From Blastocladiella emersonii ATCC 22665 (Eukaryota > Fungi > Blastocladiomycota): DNA of 64,000 nt. The notes beneath the pieces were generated by a model, which worked only from the letters and a program-made list of their open reading frames with translations, was not told the origin of the DNA and did no database searches. This document shows positions 1 to 12,755 of this stretch, piece by piece. The stretch is from positions 1,798,001 to 1,862,000 of the forward strand of contig JANHCV010000001.1 in NCBI GenBank assembly GCA_025594325.1. The letters run 5' to 3'. Within the stretch, counting starts at the first letter, position 1. The number at the start of each line of letters is the position of its first letter. The position numbers were made by a program, and so were the translations under genes.

Positions 1-1121
1 ATCTTACCCGCGCCGTTGGCCAGGTGCTGCAGCAGGTCGGCGTCGAACGTGGTGGTCCCCTGCGCCGTGCCGAACTGCGCGTCGTACACGCCCACGCCAA
101 ACACGGACTTGTCGGCCGCGGGCGCGCCGTCGCGCAGGCAGTGCAGGACGGCCACGTACCGGTTGGGCAGCGCCGTGACGCGCAGCGGCTGGTACGCGGC
201 GGGGATCGCGACCGCGGACGTGGACACCTCGATGGCGGACGCCGAGGCGACGGTGAGGACGTGGCTGACGACGCGCGTCGGGCACAGGACGGCGAGGTGG
301 CGCGTCACGGCGTGGAACGAGATGTGCAGCCAGTCGGGCTTTGCCGCCGCAGCCGCGGAAGCGGGCGCGCTGTCGGCGGTGAGCGTCGGCAGGTCCTGCG
401 CGTGCACAACCTCGAGGTTGGGCTCGTTGCCGTCGTCGAGCACCTTGACGACGACGAGGTGTGGTGCGCGCTGGCCGGCAATCTGCAGGACGAGCAGTAG
501 GTGCTCGACGTCGGCAATGGCGAGTGGGTGCGCGAACACGACCGTGGCGGCGGGCGACGCTGCACTGTCGGCATCGGTATCGGCGGAAGAGGTGCCGACG
601 GCGAGGTCAAAGGTGGCCGTGTCGGCGAGGTCGTGGGTGACGAGCGAGACCTTACCGGTCGAGTGGACGACGACGAGGCGGTTGGCGAGGCGCGTGGGGG
701 CAAAGAGGGCAAAGATTGGGTGGTCCATGCGCAGCTCCTGGCGCTTGGTCGAGTCGCTGGCGCACGGCCACGCCCAGATGGTCTTGAGCGAGGCCTGGCG
801 CGGCAGCTCAATGTGCTGCTTGATGGGCACGAACAGCATCTGCTTGGGCGCGTGCAGCACGGGGCTGGCCGCGAACACGGTCTTGGGGTGCGACGCCCAC
901 ACGGACACGCGCTTGATGTCGTGCACGTTGAAGACGGCAATCGACTGCCCCGACAGGGACACGGTCACCCGCGGGTGCTCGGGCGCCGCACCACTGGCGG
1001 CCCCGGCGGCGCCGGCGGCAACGAGGGCGCTCGCGGCGGGCTCCTCGGTGCGCGACAGCAGCGGCGCGACGGCGGCCGCGGGCGACGTGACCACGGTGAA
1101 GCGCACGGTCTTGCTGATCAT
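1..1121 (-). CDS. 5' part of a probable beta-propeller nucleolar protein (Utp8/NOL11-like); runs off the window's left edge
   Basis: Open minus-strand frame from ATG at 1121 (MISKTVRFTVV...) to the window edge. It is missing from the ORF track because no stop lies inside the window. Strong GC3 bias and alternating beta-strand pattern. VGVYDAQFGTAQ resembles a conserved Utp8/NOL11 motif as I recall it. Confidence 0.45.
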   Translation of the reverse strand, partial: MISKTVRFTVVTSPAAAVAPLLSRTEEPAASALVAAGAAGAASGAAPEHPRVTVSLSGQSIAVFNVHDIKRVSVWASHPKTVFAASPVLHAPKQMLFVPIKQHIELPRQASLKTIWAWPCASDSTKRQELRMDHPIFALFAPTRLANRLVVVHSTGKVSLVTHDLADTATFDLAVGTSSADTDADSAASPAATVVFAHPLAIADVEHLLLVLQIAGQRAPHLVVVKVLDDGNEPNLEVVHAQDLPTLTADSAPASAAAAAKPDWLHISFHAVTRHLAVLCPTRVVSHVLTVASASAIEVSTSAVAIPAAYQPLRVTALPNRYVAVLHCLRDGAPAADKSVFGVGVYDAQFGTAQGTTTFDADLLQHLANGAGK

Positions 1122-1585
1122 CTCACGTGGGCGGTTGCTAGGGCGCAAAATTCGGCGGACGGGGGCGGCAGGCGGGCGGGTCGAGCGCGAGGGGACGGCG
1201 GCAGGCGATCCAGGGGCCGCAATTCGTTGATTCGTGTGCGATACGTTGCGTGGTGCCGAGCAGCGTCGAGCAGGAGGGAGAAGGGGACGAAGCTGGCCGG
1301 AAGCGCGAGACAGCCGAAAACCAGCCCGAACCGGCTCGGCGTGATCGGGGCGAAACCGCCTGCCATCCCTGTCGTCTCGCAATTACATCACCGTTTTGGA
1401 GAGGCTGACGGTTGATCGCGCCGCGCCGCCCACGCACCGCCGCCGCGCGGCGAGAAAGTCCGAGCGCTGTCCCGCCCAGTGTCCCGCCCCCCGCCACCCC
1501 GGGCATCCCTTTCCCCCTCTCCCCCGTGCGGGCTCCGACCGATTCAACCCACCAAGCTCTCTCTATTTGCTCTGTATCAACAACC

Positions 1586-2976
1586 ATGGCAACGACGAAG
1601 CGCTCTCGCGGGTCGGCCGCGGCCGCCGCGCCGCCAGTGCCGCGCAAGCAGTCCGCCAAAGCCGCCAGCGCCTCGGCCAAGGAGTGGAAGCCCAACCCGC
1701 TCATGGCTGCCTACCGGAATCATCAGATTGGTGTGTCTCTAGGCGCCCGACCCGCCGCGGCGCGAGGATCCTCGCCGTGATGGTCGAGGGAGGGACTCGC
1801 GCCTGCTGGCGCGCCAGCAACCTTGTCGTCGAGCGAATTGTTCACCGTCATCTCGCCCTCGCCGCTGCGCTGCCGCTCGTGCGCGATCTACTCGCGCGCA
1901 CCGTGTAGACGTGCCCGCTGCCCTCGTCGCCGTGACGCTGGCCGCCACGTACCTGGCGCCCGGCTCGCCGTTCGCGCACCTCGCGCTGCCCTCGCACCCC
2001 GTCAGCGTCCCCGCCGGCGCGCCGCGCCCGACGGGCGTCGCGTTTGCCGGCCCCACCGACACGCTGTACGGCAAGGGTCCCTACGACCTCGCCTTCATCG
2101 CGTTCGGCGTGGTGGTGTGGACGCTGCTGCGCGCCGTGGTCATCGACTACGTGCTACGGCCGACGGCGCGGTACCTCGGGTGCAAGCGCAGCATGCTGGA
2201 CCGGTTTGGCGAGCAGGGGTGGCTCGTCGTCTACTACACGCTGTCGTGGTCGGTCGGCATGTTCTTTGTCGTCAACTCGGCCTTCTGGTCCGACACGCGC
2301 CACTTCTGGACCGACTACCCGCACCTGTACCTCAGCGCCGCCTTCAAGTCCTACTACCTGATGCAGCTCGCCTTCTGGATCCAGCAGCTCTTTGTGATCC
2401 ACATCGAGAAGCCGCGCAAGGACTACACGCAGATGCTCGTGCACCACCTCGTCACCTGCGCCCTCATCATCTCGAGCTACTACGCCAACTTCACGCGCAT
2501 CGGGTCCGCCGTGCTCGTCGCCATGGACGTGGGCGACATCTTCCTGTGCTCGGCCAAGTGCTTCAACTACGTGCGGTGGCGCCGCCTGTGCGACGCGACG
2601 TTTGTCGTGTTCGTCGCCGTGTGGCTCTACTCGCGCCACTACGTGTACCTCGGCATCATGTACTCGGTCTACGCCGAGTCGCGCGCCGTGCTCGACTGGA
2701 CCTGGAACCCCGCCGCCGGCAGCTTCGTCAGCGACGGCATGTGGTACTTCTTCCTCATCCTGCTCGGCGCCCTGCAGGTCCTCCTCGTCATGTGGCTCTA
2801 CTTGATCGTCCGCGTCATTGCCAAGGTCATCCGCGGCAACAGCGCAGAGGACAACCGCTCCGACGACGAGGACTCCGATGAGGAGTACGTTCCCTCTCGC
2901 TTGATCCGACGCGACCGCACACTCACACCCCGTCGCTTCTAGTGAGCCCGCACCACCCAAGAAGAAGCACGAGTAG
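1586..2976 (+). CDS. Ceramide synthase (LAG1/LAC1, TLC domain), copy 1
   Basis: Lag1p motif MLVHHLVTCALIISSYYANFTRIGSAVLVAMDVGDIFLCSAKCFNY and multiple TM helices. Introns at about 1731-1908 and 2885-2942. Spliced C-terminus ...DEDEPAPPKKKHE* is a dilysine ER-retrieval-like signal. Confidence 0.93.
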
Positions 2977-3474
2977 CGCGCCGCTCTTTGACGCCCGGGA
3001 ACATGCGACGGCGCGAGCGCGACGACGACCATGGTCACGGCGGCCTGCAGAGGAAGGGTTTTTGAATTCCGTTCACACACCCCGTCGACTTTTGCTCTCA
3101 TTTCCCTCACCACACTATCTCTCCGTATTATTGACCCGTATATAATGTTAAGTCTGCCTCTCCCTCTGCGCCTTGGGCGCTGGTCGCGGGAGCGGAAGCG
3201 GTCCTCAGGCGTTTCACCGGTCCAGCGACCTGCAGCGTCTCACGCGCTCCACGGGCCCGACCGTCGACGTCGATTCGACTCTCCCTTGCACAATTCGCCA
3301 ATTACTACCGGCATCTCCCTCGGGGGCCGCACTAGCACTTCCTGCAACGCATTCTCACGCATCGACTATCTCTCTCGCCCGGGTCCCTGCCCGCATTCTC
3401 GTCGCGATCCCCGCTGGACCCGCACGACTCCTCATTCCCTACCACCACCACCACCACCCCCTCGCTGCGCTACA

Positions 3475-6400
3475 ATGATGGTCACCCCGGCCAATGGCAG
3501 CGGCGGCGGCGGGAACCCGGCACCGAATCGCGGGCCCTCGCCGCAGCAGAACGGCGGCGAGTACCACCAGCGGACCCCGTCCGGGTCCCGACGGCAGCAA
3601 CAGCAGCAGCAACAGCAGCAGCAGCAGTCGAACCGGCTCATCAACCTCGCCGACTACGTCCAGGACAAGGTCATTGGCAGCGGCTCGTTTGGCCGGATCT
3701 GCAAGGTGCACCGGATCTCGGACGGCATGGTGCGTGCGTGTGCGACGGCCGGCCGGCGGCCAACGTCCCTTCCATCGCGGCCGCGACCACCGACCGAGCT
3801 CACCCACCACCCTCCACCACCACCTCCACCTCCGCCTCGGATCGTCTAGGTCATGGCCCGCAAGGAGATCATGTACGACCGGATGAAGCAAAAGGAGCGG
3901 ACGCAGCTGGTGCAGGAGGTCAACATCCTGCGCGAGCTGAACCACCCGCACATCGTCAAGTACCACGGCCGCATCGTGGACCGCAACAACTACATCATGT
4001 ACATCATGATGGAGTACTGCGAGGGCGGCGACCTGTCGATTGTCGTCAAGCGCCACAAGCAGTCGCGCGCGCTCATCCCCGAGGCCACCGTGTGGGGCTA
4101 CCTCGCGCAGCTCGCCGCCGCGCTGCACGAGTGCCACTACCTCCACGGCCAGCGCAAGGCCTCCCCCGGCGGCGCCATCCTGCACCGCGACATCAAGCCC
4201 GACAACGTGTTCCTCGACGCCGACAATAACGCCAAGCTCGGCGACTTCGGCCTCAGCACGCTCCTCGGCGAGTCCGAGAACAACTTTGCCCGCACGTTTG
4301 TCGGGACGCCCTACTACATGAGCCCGGTACGCATCTCGCGTCGCGAGATTTGCTGAGGGCATCGACTGACCTCCGCCTCGCCCGCGTCTCGCCCGCACAC
4401 GCGTGTAGGAGGTCGTCAACTCGAAAGAGTACAACGAGAAGAGCGACATCTGGTCTCTCGGCTGCCTGACCTACGAGCTCTGCGCCCTCTCGTATGATTT
4501 AACCTTCACCCCACACGCGTCGCCACGCACTGACCCCGCGCCCCGCCCGCATCTAGCCCACCATTCGACGGCAAGGACCACGCCGAGCTGCACCGCAACA
4601 TCCTGAACGTGCGGTACTCGGACATCCCGAGCGGCTACTCGCGCACCATGCGCGCCATCATCTCGCGCATGCTGCAGTTCGACCCCGGCGCCCGGCCCTC
4701 GGCCGGCGAGCTCCTCGAGCACCCGCGCGTCGCCCTAGCCTTCGAGACGCGCCAGGCCGAGACCACGCTGGCCCGCCGCGATCGCGACCTCGCGCGACGG
4801 ACCAGCTCGCTCGAACGCCGCGAGAACGAGGTTGCTAGGCGCGAGGCCGGGATCGTCGGCCGCGAGGAGGCTGTCACCGCGCAGGAGGCCCGGATCGCCG
4901 AGCGCGAGGCGGCGGTTCAGCGCGCAGCCGAGGAAAATGCGTCGACGCGATCCGCACTCGGTACGATTCCCGAGAAAGGACTGCACCGCGCCGGGTCCGA
5001 GCTCACCCAACCCCCTGGCACGCGTGTGTAGAGGAGGAGCGCCAGAAACTCATCAACGCCCGCACCGAGCTGCAGGCGTTCCAGGCGCAGCTTGAGCAGC
5101 GGCACCGCGACTTGCAGGACGAGATCGCCGCCGCGCACGTTGAGGTGCACAAGCGGCGCGAGGAGCTCGACCAGCGGCAACGCGACCTCGATCATCGGCA
5201 AGGTGAGCTCGACCAGCGCCAGGAGTCGATGACCCAGGAGTACCGCCGGTTCGAGCTTTACCAGCAACAGCAGCAGCAGCAGCGGATCATGGATTCTAAA
5301 CCGTTCTCACCACCCAGCCATCCGCAGCCGCTCCACCACCACCACCACCAGTACCAGCAACCGCCACCATCCCACCACGTCGCACCCGCTGCCGCCCACG
5401 CGACCACGCCCGCCGCGGGCCAGCCGCCGTCGGAGCTGCGTGACTTCCAGTTCCGCCAGCCGAGCGCCAACGGCGCCACCGTCGACATGGCGTGGACCCC
5501 GACGCCCGCCGCGACGAGCGGCCCGCCACCACCGCAGCAGCAGCCGCACTCGGAGCCGCCGCAGTACCAGCGCACGCCCTACCCTGGCAGTGACGCCAGT
5601 GGCGGCGTCCAGTTCCCGCAGTCCCTCCCGCGTATGCCGTCGTCGAACCCGCTGCGGCAGCAGGCCTTCTCCAACAACGGGGCCCAGCAGCAACAGCTGC
5701 AGGCACCCACATCCGCATCGTCGTACGCCGAGTTTGCGCGGCAGCAGGCGCGGCTGCACGCCAGCAGCTCCGCGGCCGCGGTTACCCCGTCGCCGGCCGC
5801 GTTCCAGCCGCCGCTCCAAGCGCCGCACTCGGCGCCCGCCGCGTCGTCGTCCTCCTCCTCGTCGGTCACGCCGATCGTCAAGCTGGATCAACGCGGCAAC
5901 CGCGTCATTGACCACACGCACCACCAGCACCACTACCAGCAGCAGCAACAGCAGCAGCAGCGCAACGACGACCACGGGTTCCGCACGCCCACGACGCCGG
6001 CGTCGCGGATGCAGGCGGAAAGCGCGGGTAGCGGCGGGCTCCGCCGCGCGGTGCTCTCGGCGGGTGGCCGGTCGGGTGGATCCACCAACACCGGCGGGAG
6101 CAGCAGCAGCAACGCGTACATCGGCACCCCGCGGCCATCCGCCGGCGCGCTCATGCTCGGCCCGTTCCAGCAGCAACATCAGCAGCAGAACGCGTTTGTG
6201 CCACCTCATCCGCGCTCGGCCCCGTCGACGGGCGGCACCTCCGCGCCCGCGGCGACGCCCGGGACCACGGGGACCATCGACAACATGGCGTCGACGCTCG
6301 CGCGCATGGACATTTCGCCGTCGCCCGCGATGCCGAACGGCACGCTGTACGGCCGCCCGACGTCCGCGAGCGCGGCAACGGGCCGGCCCACGTTCGCGCC

Positions 6401-7247
6401 GCCGTCGTCGTCGCGGCCCGCGTCCATGATGAACCTCGCGGCGGCGGCGTCCAACGGCAGCAGCGGGCGGTGGGTCGGGACGCCGCGGTACTCGCACGCG
6501 CAGATGCAGGCGGCGCCGGCGCCGCAGGCGGTCGCGGGGCGGAAACGCGCCAAGGCCGAGGCGGCGGACGAGGACGAGGTCGACGAGGAGCACACGTCCA
6601 ACACGGTCGACATGGATGTCGGGTACTACGAGGCGAACGGCGGCGGCGAGGAGGAGTTTGATGACGCGGCGACCATCGACATGGGCGAGCAGCACGACGA
6701 GGACGACGGGACCGGCATGTCGTCCGACCTGTACGCCGACGACACGCTCATGCACCGGATCCGCGAGACCAACGTGCGCAACAGTCCCGCCACGTTCCAC
6801 GCGCAGATGCAGAACGGGATCCAGCAACAGCAGCAGCAGCAGCAGCAGGGATCGAGCTCAAGCTCAAGCATGCTCCCGCCCGGCCGCGCGCCGGTCCGCC
6901 GGCTCAAGCCGCCCGCGACCCGCGGCGAGGTGCACGTCGGGACGCCGATCCGGCGCGCCGCGCCGCTAGCGACGCCGTCATCGTTCAACCCGACGCCGTA
7001 TGGGCCGTCTCTTGACCGGTATTCGAGCACCGCGGCGGCGGCGGGGATGCTCGACACGCCGACGCCCGCCATGGGCAACGGCGCGGCGCGGTCCACGGCG
7101 CTCCAGTTCCAGCAGCGGTTCATGAACGGGCTCGCCAGCGGCGTGCCGCGCATGCGGTCGCTCAAACCGAGTGCCAGCGGCGGCAGCTCGGCGGCGGGAG
7201 CAGGAGCGCGGCCTGTCGTCGGGTTCCAGTACCACCAGGGACGATAA
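3475..7247 (+). CDS. NIMA-related Ser/Thr kinase (NEK2/NimA/Fin1-like) with coiled coil and long Q/S/A-rich tail
   Basis: IGSGSFG, KEIMY, EVNILREL, MEYCEGGDL, HRDIKPDN, LGDFGL, FVGTPYYMSPE, KSDIWSLGC and PPF motifs across about four short introns. Coiled coil at about 4750-5280. Confidence 0.93.
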
Positions 7248-7535
7248 TACATACACTCTCACGTCGCGGTACTCGTGGCTCGCTCCGCTTTGCACTACTA
7301 CAACTCGTCCTGGTGTTGGCTGTCATCACGCGGCTAGATCACGCGTCGTTCATAACCCGTGCCGTGCTCCCGCGCTCCCCCGCTCCCTCTTCAATTTCCG
7401 TAAGATTATGCGGCTCAGCACGGTCCCAAATGGAGCTTAGCGCCCGCCATGGCAGGATGTCGCGTTCGAGGGCCCGACGTATAAAGACGAGCGCCCCCGC
7501 CCTCGTCTGGTGCGACCATGGCGCAGTAAGGGGCG

Positions 7536-9203
7536 ATGTATCCTAACGACTCTGACGACGACCCGCACGACGGAAACCGCGACCACGACGCGCGGCCATC
7601 GCGGCCCGCAACAGCTTCACGGCCGCCCGCAGAGCCTGTGCGGCGGCACTGGTCGCGCAGCTCGACCGTGTGGTTCCTCATCGCGTGCTCTATCGCGATT
7701 GGCATGTCCCTCGGCCCCGTCCCCGCCGCCGCCGCGCAGTATATCCTGACGGCCGCCGCCGCGGTGCCGTGCCCTGACGAGTTTTCCATCGACTGCGTCG
7801 CGGATCCGGAGCTCGCGCAGAAGCGCGCGGCACAGCTCTTCGCGGCCATGGACACGGCGCACTCGATCACGGGCCTCCTCGGTATGGCCATCGTCGGCCG
7901 CGTCGCGGACCGGTACGGCCGGCCGATCGCCATGGCCACGGGCCTCGCGTCGACGGTTCTCGGCAACGCGGTCCTCCTCCTCCCCGCGGTGCTCTTCGCG
8001 CGCGCGCCATGGCACCTCACCGCGGCCGCCGCGGTCCTGTCGTCGACCATCAAGGGCGCGGGCGGCGGGCTCGGCGCCTACTTTCTCGGCCGGCACGCGT
8101 GGCTCGCGGACCGGTTCGACGACCCGACAGTCCGCGCGCGCGTCTTCGCCGTCGTCAGCGGCACCGCGCACGTCGGGTGGGTCCTCGGCCCGCTGTGGGG
8201 CGCGCTCGCGAGTGGCGCCGGCCCGATCGTCGTCATCGCGGCCGCATCCGCTGCGCTGCTCGCCGTGACCGTCGCGCTCCTCGTCGCGCACCGGATCCGG
8301 TCGCGGCAGCCGCACCGCAAGCTGGTCTCGGCCGAGCGCGACGCACGGCGAGGCAGCGGCGACAGTGGGCCGTGGTACGCGCCGCTGCGGATCCTGCGCC
8401 GCCCGATCGAGCCGGTGACGCGCGGGTCGCGCCGCCGGCACCAAGTCCTCGTCGCGCTCGTCGTGTGCCGCCAGGTCCTCGATGTCGCCGGGTCCATGTG
8501 GGGGAACAACTCGCTGCTCTACGTTGCGCTGCGGTTCGGGTGGGGCGCGGCCGAGAACAACTACTACTCGGCCATCGCGGGCATCACGTCCGCCGTCTCG
8601 CTCCTCGTCCTCTCGGCCGGCGCGCGGCGGGCCGTCCGCTGGCTCGCGGCGCGGGTGCAGGGCACGCCGCATGTCGGGACCGAGCGAGAGCCGCTTCTCC
8701 AGCCCGAGGCGCAGTCGCCCGACGGTGTCGAGGACGAGGGTGACGACCGCGGCCAACTCAGCGACGACAACCATCTGCCGCAGCTGGCCGCCGCGACGCT
8801 CGCCCTGTACGCCGCGGGCCACGTCGTCGAGTTCGCGCTCTTCGCGCGCCAGGCCACGACCAGCGCGCCAGCCGAGTTCCTCGTGCTCGGCACCGCCAGC
8901 GGGCTGCTGTCGATGATGGGCCCACTTCTCGACTCGCTCGTCTCAACGCTGGTCCCAACGGAACACCTCGGCACGCTGCTCGGTGCGACCAGCATCATCG
9001 GGCACGCCGTCGCCATGGTCACGCCGGCCGTGGCCAACGCCGTGTACACGCGTACCGTCGCTCACATCGCCGTATTCTCGGCCATCTGCGTCGCCGCGCG
9101 CGGCGTCGCCGTGGCCCCGGTCATCGTCCTGGCCGTGTGGGTCTGGCGACGCCAGCAACGTGACGCGCATCGGTTCCCGCGAGTGCAGACAGATTCTGGA
9201 TAA
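7536..9203 (+). CDS. MFS transporter (SLC46/TetA-like subgroup)
   Basis: Intronless 555 aa ORF with about 12 hydrophobic segments and MFS motif A (VGRVADRYGRP). Confidence 0.85.
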   Translation: MYPNDSDDDPHDGNRDHDARPSRPATASRPPAEPVRRHWSRSSTVWFLIACSIAIGMSLGPVPAAAAQYILTAAAAVPCPDEFSIDCVADPELAQKRAAQLFAAMDTAHSITGLLGMAIVGRVADRYGRPIAMATGLASTVLGNAVLLLPAVLFARAPWHLTAAAAVLSSTIKGAGGGLGAYFLGRHAWLADRFDDPTVRARVFAVVSGTAHVGWVLGPLWGALASGAGPIVVIAAASAALLAVTVALLVAHRIRSRQPHRKLVSAERDARRGSGDSGPWYAPLRILRRPIEPVTRGSRRRHQVLVALVVCRQVLDVAGSMWGNNSLLYVALRFGWGAAENNYYSAIAGITSAVSLLVLSAGARRAVRWLAARVQGTPHVGTEREPLLQPEAQSPDGVEDEGDDRGQLSDDNHLPQLAAATLALYAAGHVVEFALFARQATTSAPAEFLVLGTASGLLSMMGPLLDSLVSTLVPTEHLGTLLGATSIIGHAVAMVTPAVANAVYTRTVAHIAVFSAICVAARGVAVAPVIVLAVWVWRRQQRDAHRFPRVQTDSG

Positions 9204-9665
9204 GGTTTTCATATATCTATTGCGTCTGTGCATCGTCGTTAGGCCGGAGGAGCGAACGTGCAACGAAAACTCGCTCCAACCTCGACTCAGCCACCTCGCC
9301 TCTGAAGTTTGTGGCTTAGCACTCGGGCCCCGTGTGCGCTAGCCTGGCAAATCTCACCGCTTCTCCGCTCACTTGCGCCCCCCCGTTCCCGCCCGCGAAT
9401 CACACTTGTAACTACGACGACGACGAAGACGAATACTACGACGACGTCCGGCTGGACCGTGACGACTTCGCGCAACTTGAGCGAGCTGGACCTCCTTCCC
9501 GTCGGGCACTCCGACGCACCCCCACTCCATCATCGGCCGTCGCCACCGACGGCCACGCAGCGACGACGACCTTCTCGCCGCCCGCCTCGACATTCGCCGG
9601 CCGAGTGCCGGCCCTCCGCCTTCTCCACCCGCGACCCGCCTCGTGCGGCCTCCCTAGACGAAACC

Positions 9666-12600
9666 ATGCCCCTCTCTACAATGTCAACTAGACGCTTCCA
9701 TGCCCTCCTCGTTCTCTTCTTCTTCTCCTTCCTGTGCGCCACCGCTCCCGCACACGCCGCCGATACCGCGCAGCCCGCCACGGCCGGGATCCGGCTCCCG
9801 ACCTTCGTCGGGTGCTTCGAGGGCGCCTCCGGGATGCGTGCGCTGGCGTCGCTCCCGCCGCTCGTGTCGCGGTCCATGACGCCCAACCTGTGCTATGCCC
9901 GGTGCATCGACCGCCAGCTGCCGTACGCCGGCATGGTCAACGGCAGCCAGTGCTACTGCGGCGACCAGTTCAACGTGGTACGTTTTGATGAGCTTCACGG
10001 GGTGTGATGGCGTAGCTGATCAACCTCTTGTAGCGCACGACCACGTCCGGGTGCACCACGCTGTGCACCGGCGAACAGAACCTGCTGTGCGGTGGCGTCA
10101 ACAAGATCGGCGTGTTCCTCGTCGGCAAGGAGCGCGGCGGCAGCAGTCCGGCGCAGGGGCTCAACCAGGGGCTCAACCAGGGCGTGCTGCGCGGCCAGGG
10201 CTCGGACGTGGCCCGCTCGGCGGGTTCTTCGAGCGGGCTCAGCGCGGGCATCGTCGTCGCCATCGTCGGCGGCGCCGTGGCCGTGCTCGCCGCCATGGGC
10301 GCCGTCGGCCTCGTCTTCTTCCGCCGCCGGTACAGCGGGCCCGGCGGTTCCCCACGCGTCCCGCCCAAGGACACGCCGGGCGCCGCCGAGTCCTCGGCCT
10401 CGGGCTTCTCGCTCCCGTCCATCTTCGGCCGCGGCAAGGTCGGGTCCACGTCCAGCGCGACCAGCTCGCTGTCAAGGTCCTCGACAAAGGGCTCGCGCCG
10501 CGGCAGCGACGACAGCTTCGGCAACGCGCCGTCGCCCGGCACCTCGCTCGATCGCAAGGACGCCAGTGGCGCGCCGTACGTCCCCGAGCACGCGCGGCCC
10601 AAGGTCGAGTACTCGATCCCGCTCGCGCCCTCGTCGCCCGACACCGAGGTGCCCACCAGCGCGCCCTCGCTCGACCGCGCCGGCGGCCAGGCCATGGACC
10701 CAGGCCTCGCAGCCGCCGTCGCAGCATCGGCGGCCCCGCCGCGCGAGCGCCGCCCGAGCACCAAGGGCAACAATGTGCGGTTCAACGACACGGTGCGCGT
10801 GCGCGAGCGTCCGACGACCGTGTCTCTAATGAACGGCGCTACCGCCGGCGCCGGCGCCGCTGAGGCGAGCGGGCCACCGCTCCCGCCGCCCGCCGCGCCC
10901 ATGCCCATGCCCAACATGCGGCCGCCGCTGATCTCGCTGGCCACGACGACGTCGTCGTCGTCGTCCACACTGCTCTCCGGCTTCTTCGGCGCCAGCTTCA
11001 ACCCACAGGGCAGCGCGGGCATCGCGCCGCCGCCGCACGCCATGTCGCTCGAGCGCCGGCCCTCGGACGCGTCCACCGTCGTCGACTCGGACGAGGAGGA
11101 CGACAACGTCCCGCTCGGCGGGATCCAGCCGGCGGCCCTCGCGGCGGCGCTCGCAAACGCGGCGAAGGCGTCGGCCGAGGTGGCGAAACCGACCCGCGTC
11201 CAGATCTCGAGCGCCGAGTCGTCGCCTGCGTCATCGCCCGCTACGTCGACGACCTCATCGGCATCAACGTCCGTCGAATCGTCGCCCGCATCGTCCGCGA
11301 TCTCGACACCAGAGATCATGACCAAGAACCTCTCGCACGCGCCGATGCCCGCGTCGGTCGTCGCCGCGTTGGCGGCTTCGGCGCCCGCTGCCGTTGCCCA
11401 GGCAGCTCCAGCACCTGTGACGGCCATGAACACCACGGTGACACCAAGATCTGCTCCTGTCGCCGCTGAGGCGACGCCGGCACCAGCTGCCGACAAGGCA
11501 GCCCCAGCTCCCGCGCCCGCCCCCGTCGCCGCCAGTGCCACCCCGCCAGCCGTCGCGCGGGCGCTGCCCCCGACGCACGCCTCGCCGCGGCTGACCAAGA
11601 GCCAGTTCGTGAAGCGCGCGCCCGGCGGGCCCAAGCAGGGACCTGTCCCGCTCAACAGCGCGGCCGCGGGCAAGTCCAAGAAGGCCAAGGCCGCTGTCGC
11701 TGCATCGCCAGTCGCGACTGCCGTGTCCGTGGCGTCCACCCCCGCCGCATCACCCATGGTCGCGCCGCGGACGACCGCACCACCGACCCGCACAACGGCC
11801 CCACCACCGCGGCCCGCGCGCGTCGACTCGGGCCTGATCGTGGCGGGCTCGCCTAGCGTCCCGCCCTCGAACTACTCGCCCGTCCCGCCGCCGCGCGATG
11901 CGAGCAGCAACCCCGGGACCCCGCTGACCGGCTACCGATCCCTCGGCGGCTCGCCCGCCCTGCCGCCGATCCAGACGTACTCGCCGGTGCCCCCGCCGCG
12001 CGACGCGAGCAACGTGAGCACCCCGCTGAGCGACCTCGCGGCCCTGGCCGACGCCGCGGGCGCGAGACTCGCCAACGGGTCCACCTCGCCCGCGCCCGAC
12101 ATGCAGCTGCCCGCCGTTGACCGCGAGATGGGCGAGGCGCGCGTGCGCGCGATGCACGCGACCGGCGAGCCATCCAACGCCGCGTACCGGATCCGCGAGT
12201 CGACTGTCGTCGCGGCGACCGGCCGCGTGCGCGAGACCAAGATCCGCGCGTCGAGTCTGTACGACGACGAGGACGACGACGAGCTCGCGCGGCTCGCCGC
12301 GTTGCGCACGCCCGAGGACAATAACCGCGCGACCATCACGGAAGACGACACCGACGTGGTCCCCGCGTGGTCGCTCAGCCTGCTCCGCGGGGACCACGGC
12401 ACGATCGGCCGCGCGGGAGCCGCGGCGACGCGCCGCGTCGAGGCTGAGGGCGGCGCGCAGCGGATGACGTCGCTGTCGGCCTTCTCGTCGACGTCGTCGA
12501 TCGCGCTGGCCGCGACAAGGACACCACGCGTGCGGCAGTCTACGGCGACGGTCACGAGCGACGCGCCCGGCGGTGGGAACCGCGGGACGTACGTGCGCAG

Positions 12601-12715
12601 TATCGGGTCGTCGTTCGGCAACGCGGTGGAGGGTGATATTGACGCGATGCTCGCGGCCGCGGAACGCGAACTCGAGGCGGGACGAGCCGCGGTCGAGGCA
12701 GCGGAACGAGGCTGA
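9666..12715 (+). CDS. WSC-domain type I membrane protein (cell-wall stress sensor-like) with long low-complexity cytoplasmic tail
   Basis: Signal peptide (RRFHALLVLFFFSFLCATAPAHA). WSC cysteines FVGCF...MTPNLCYARC...YAGMVNGSQCYCG...CTTLCTG...CGG, split by an intron at 9978-10033. TM helix GIVVAIVGGAVAVLAAMGAVGLVFF followed by RRR. Confidence 0.85.
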
Positions 12716-12755
12716 CGATGCAGTGAATATACAAAATTGATCGATTTATAGTAGT

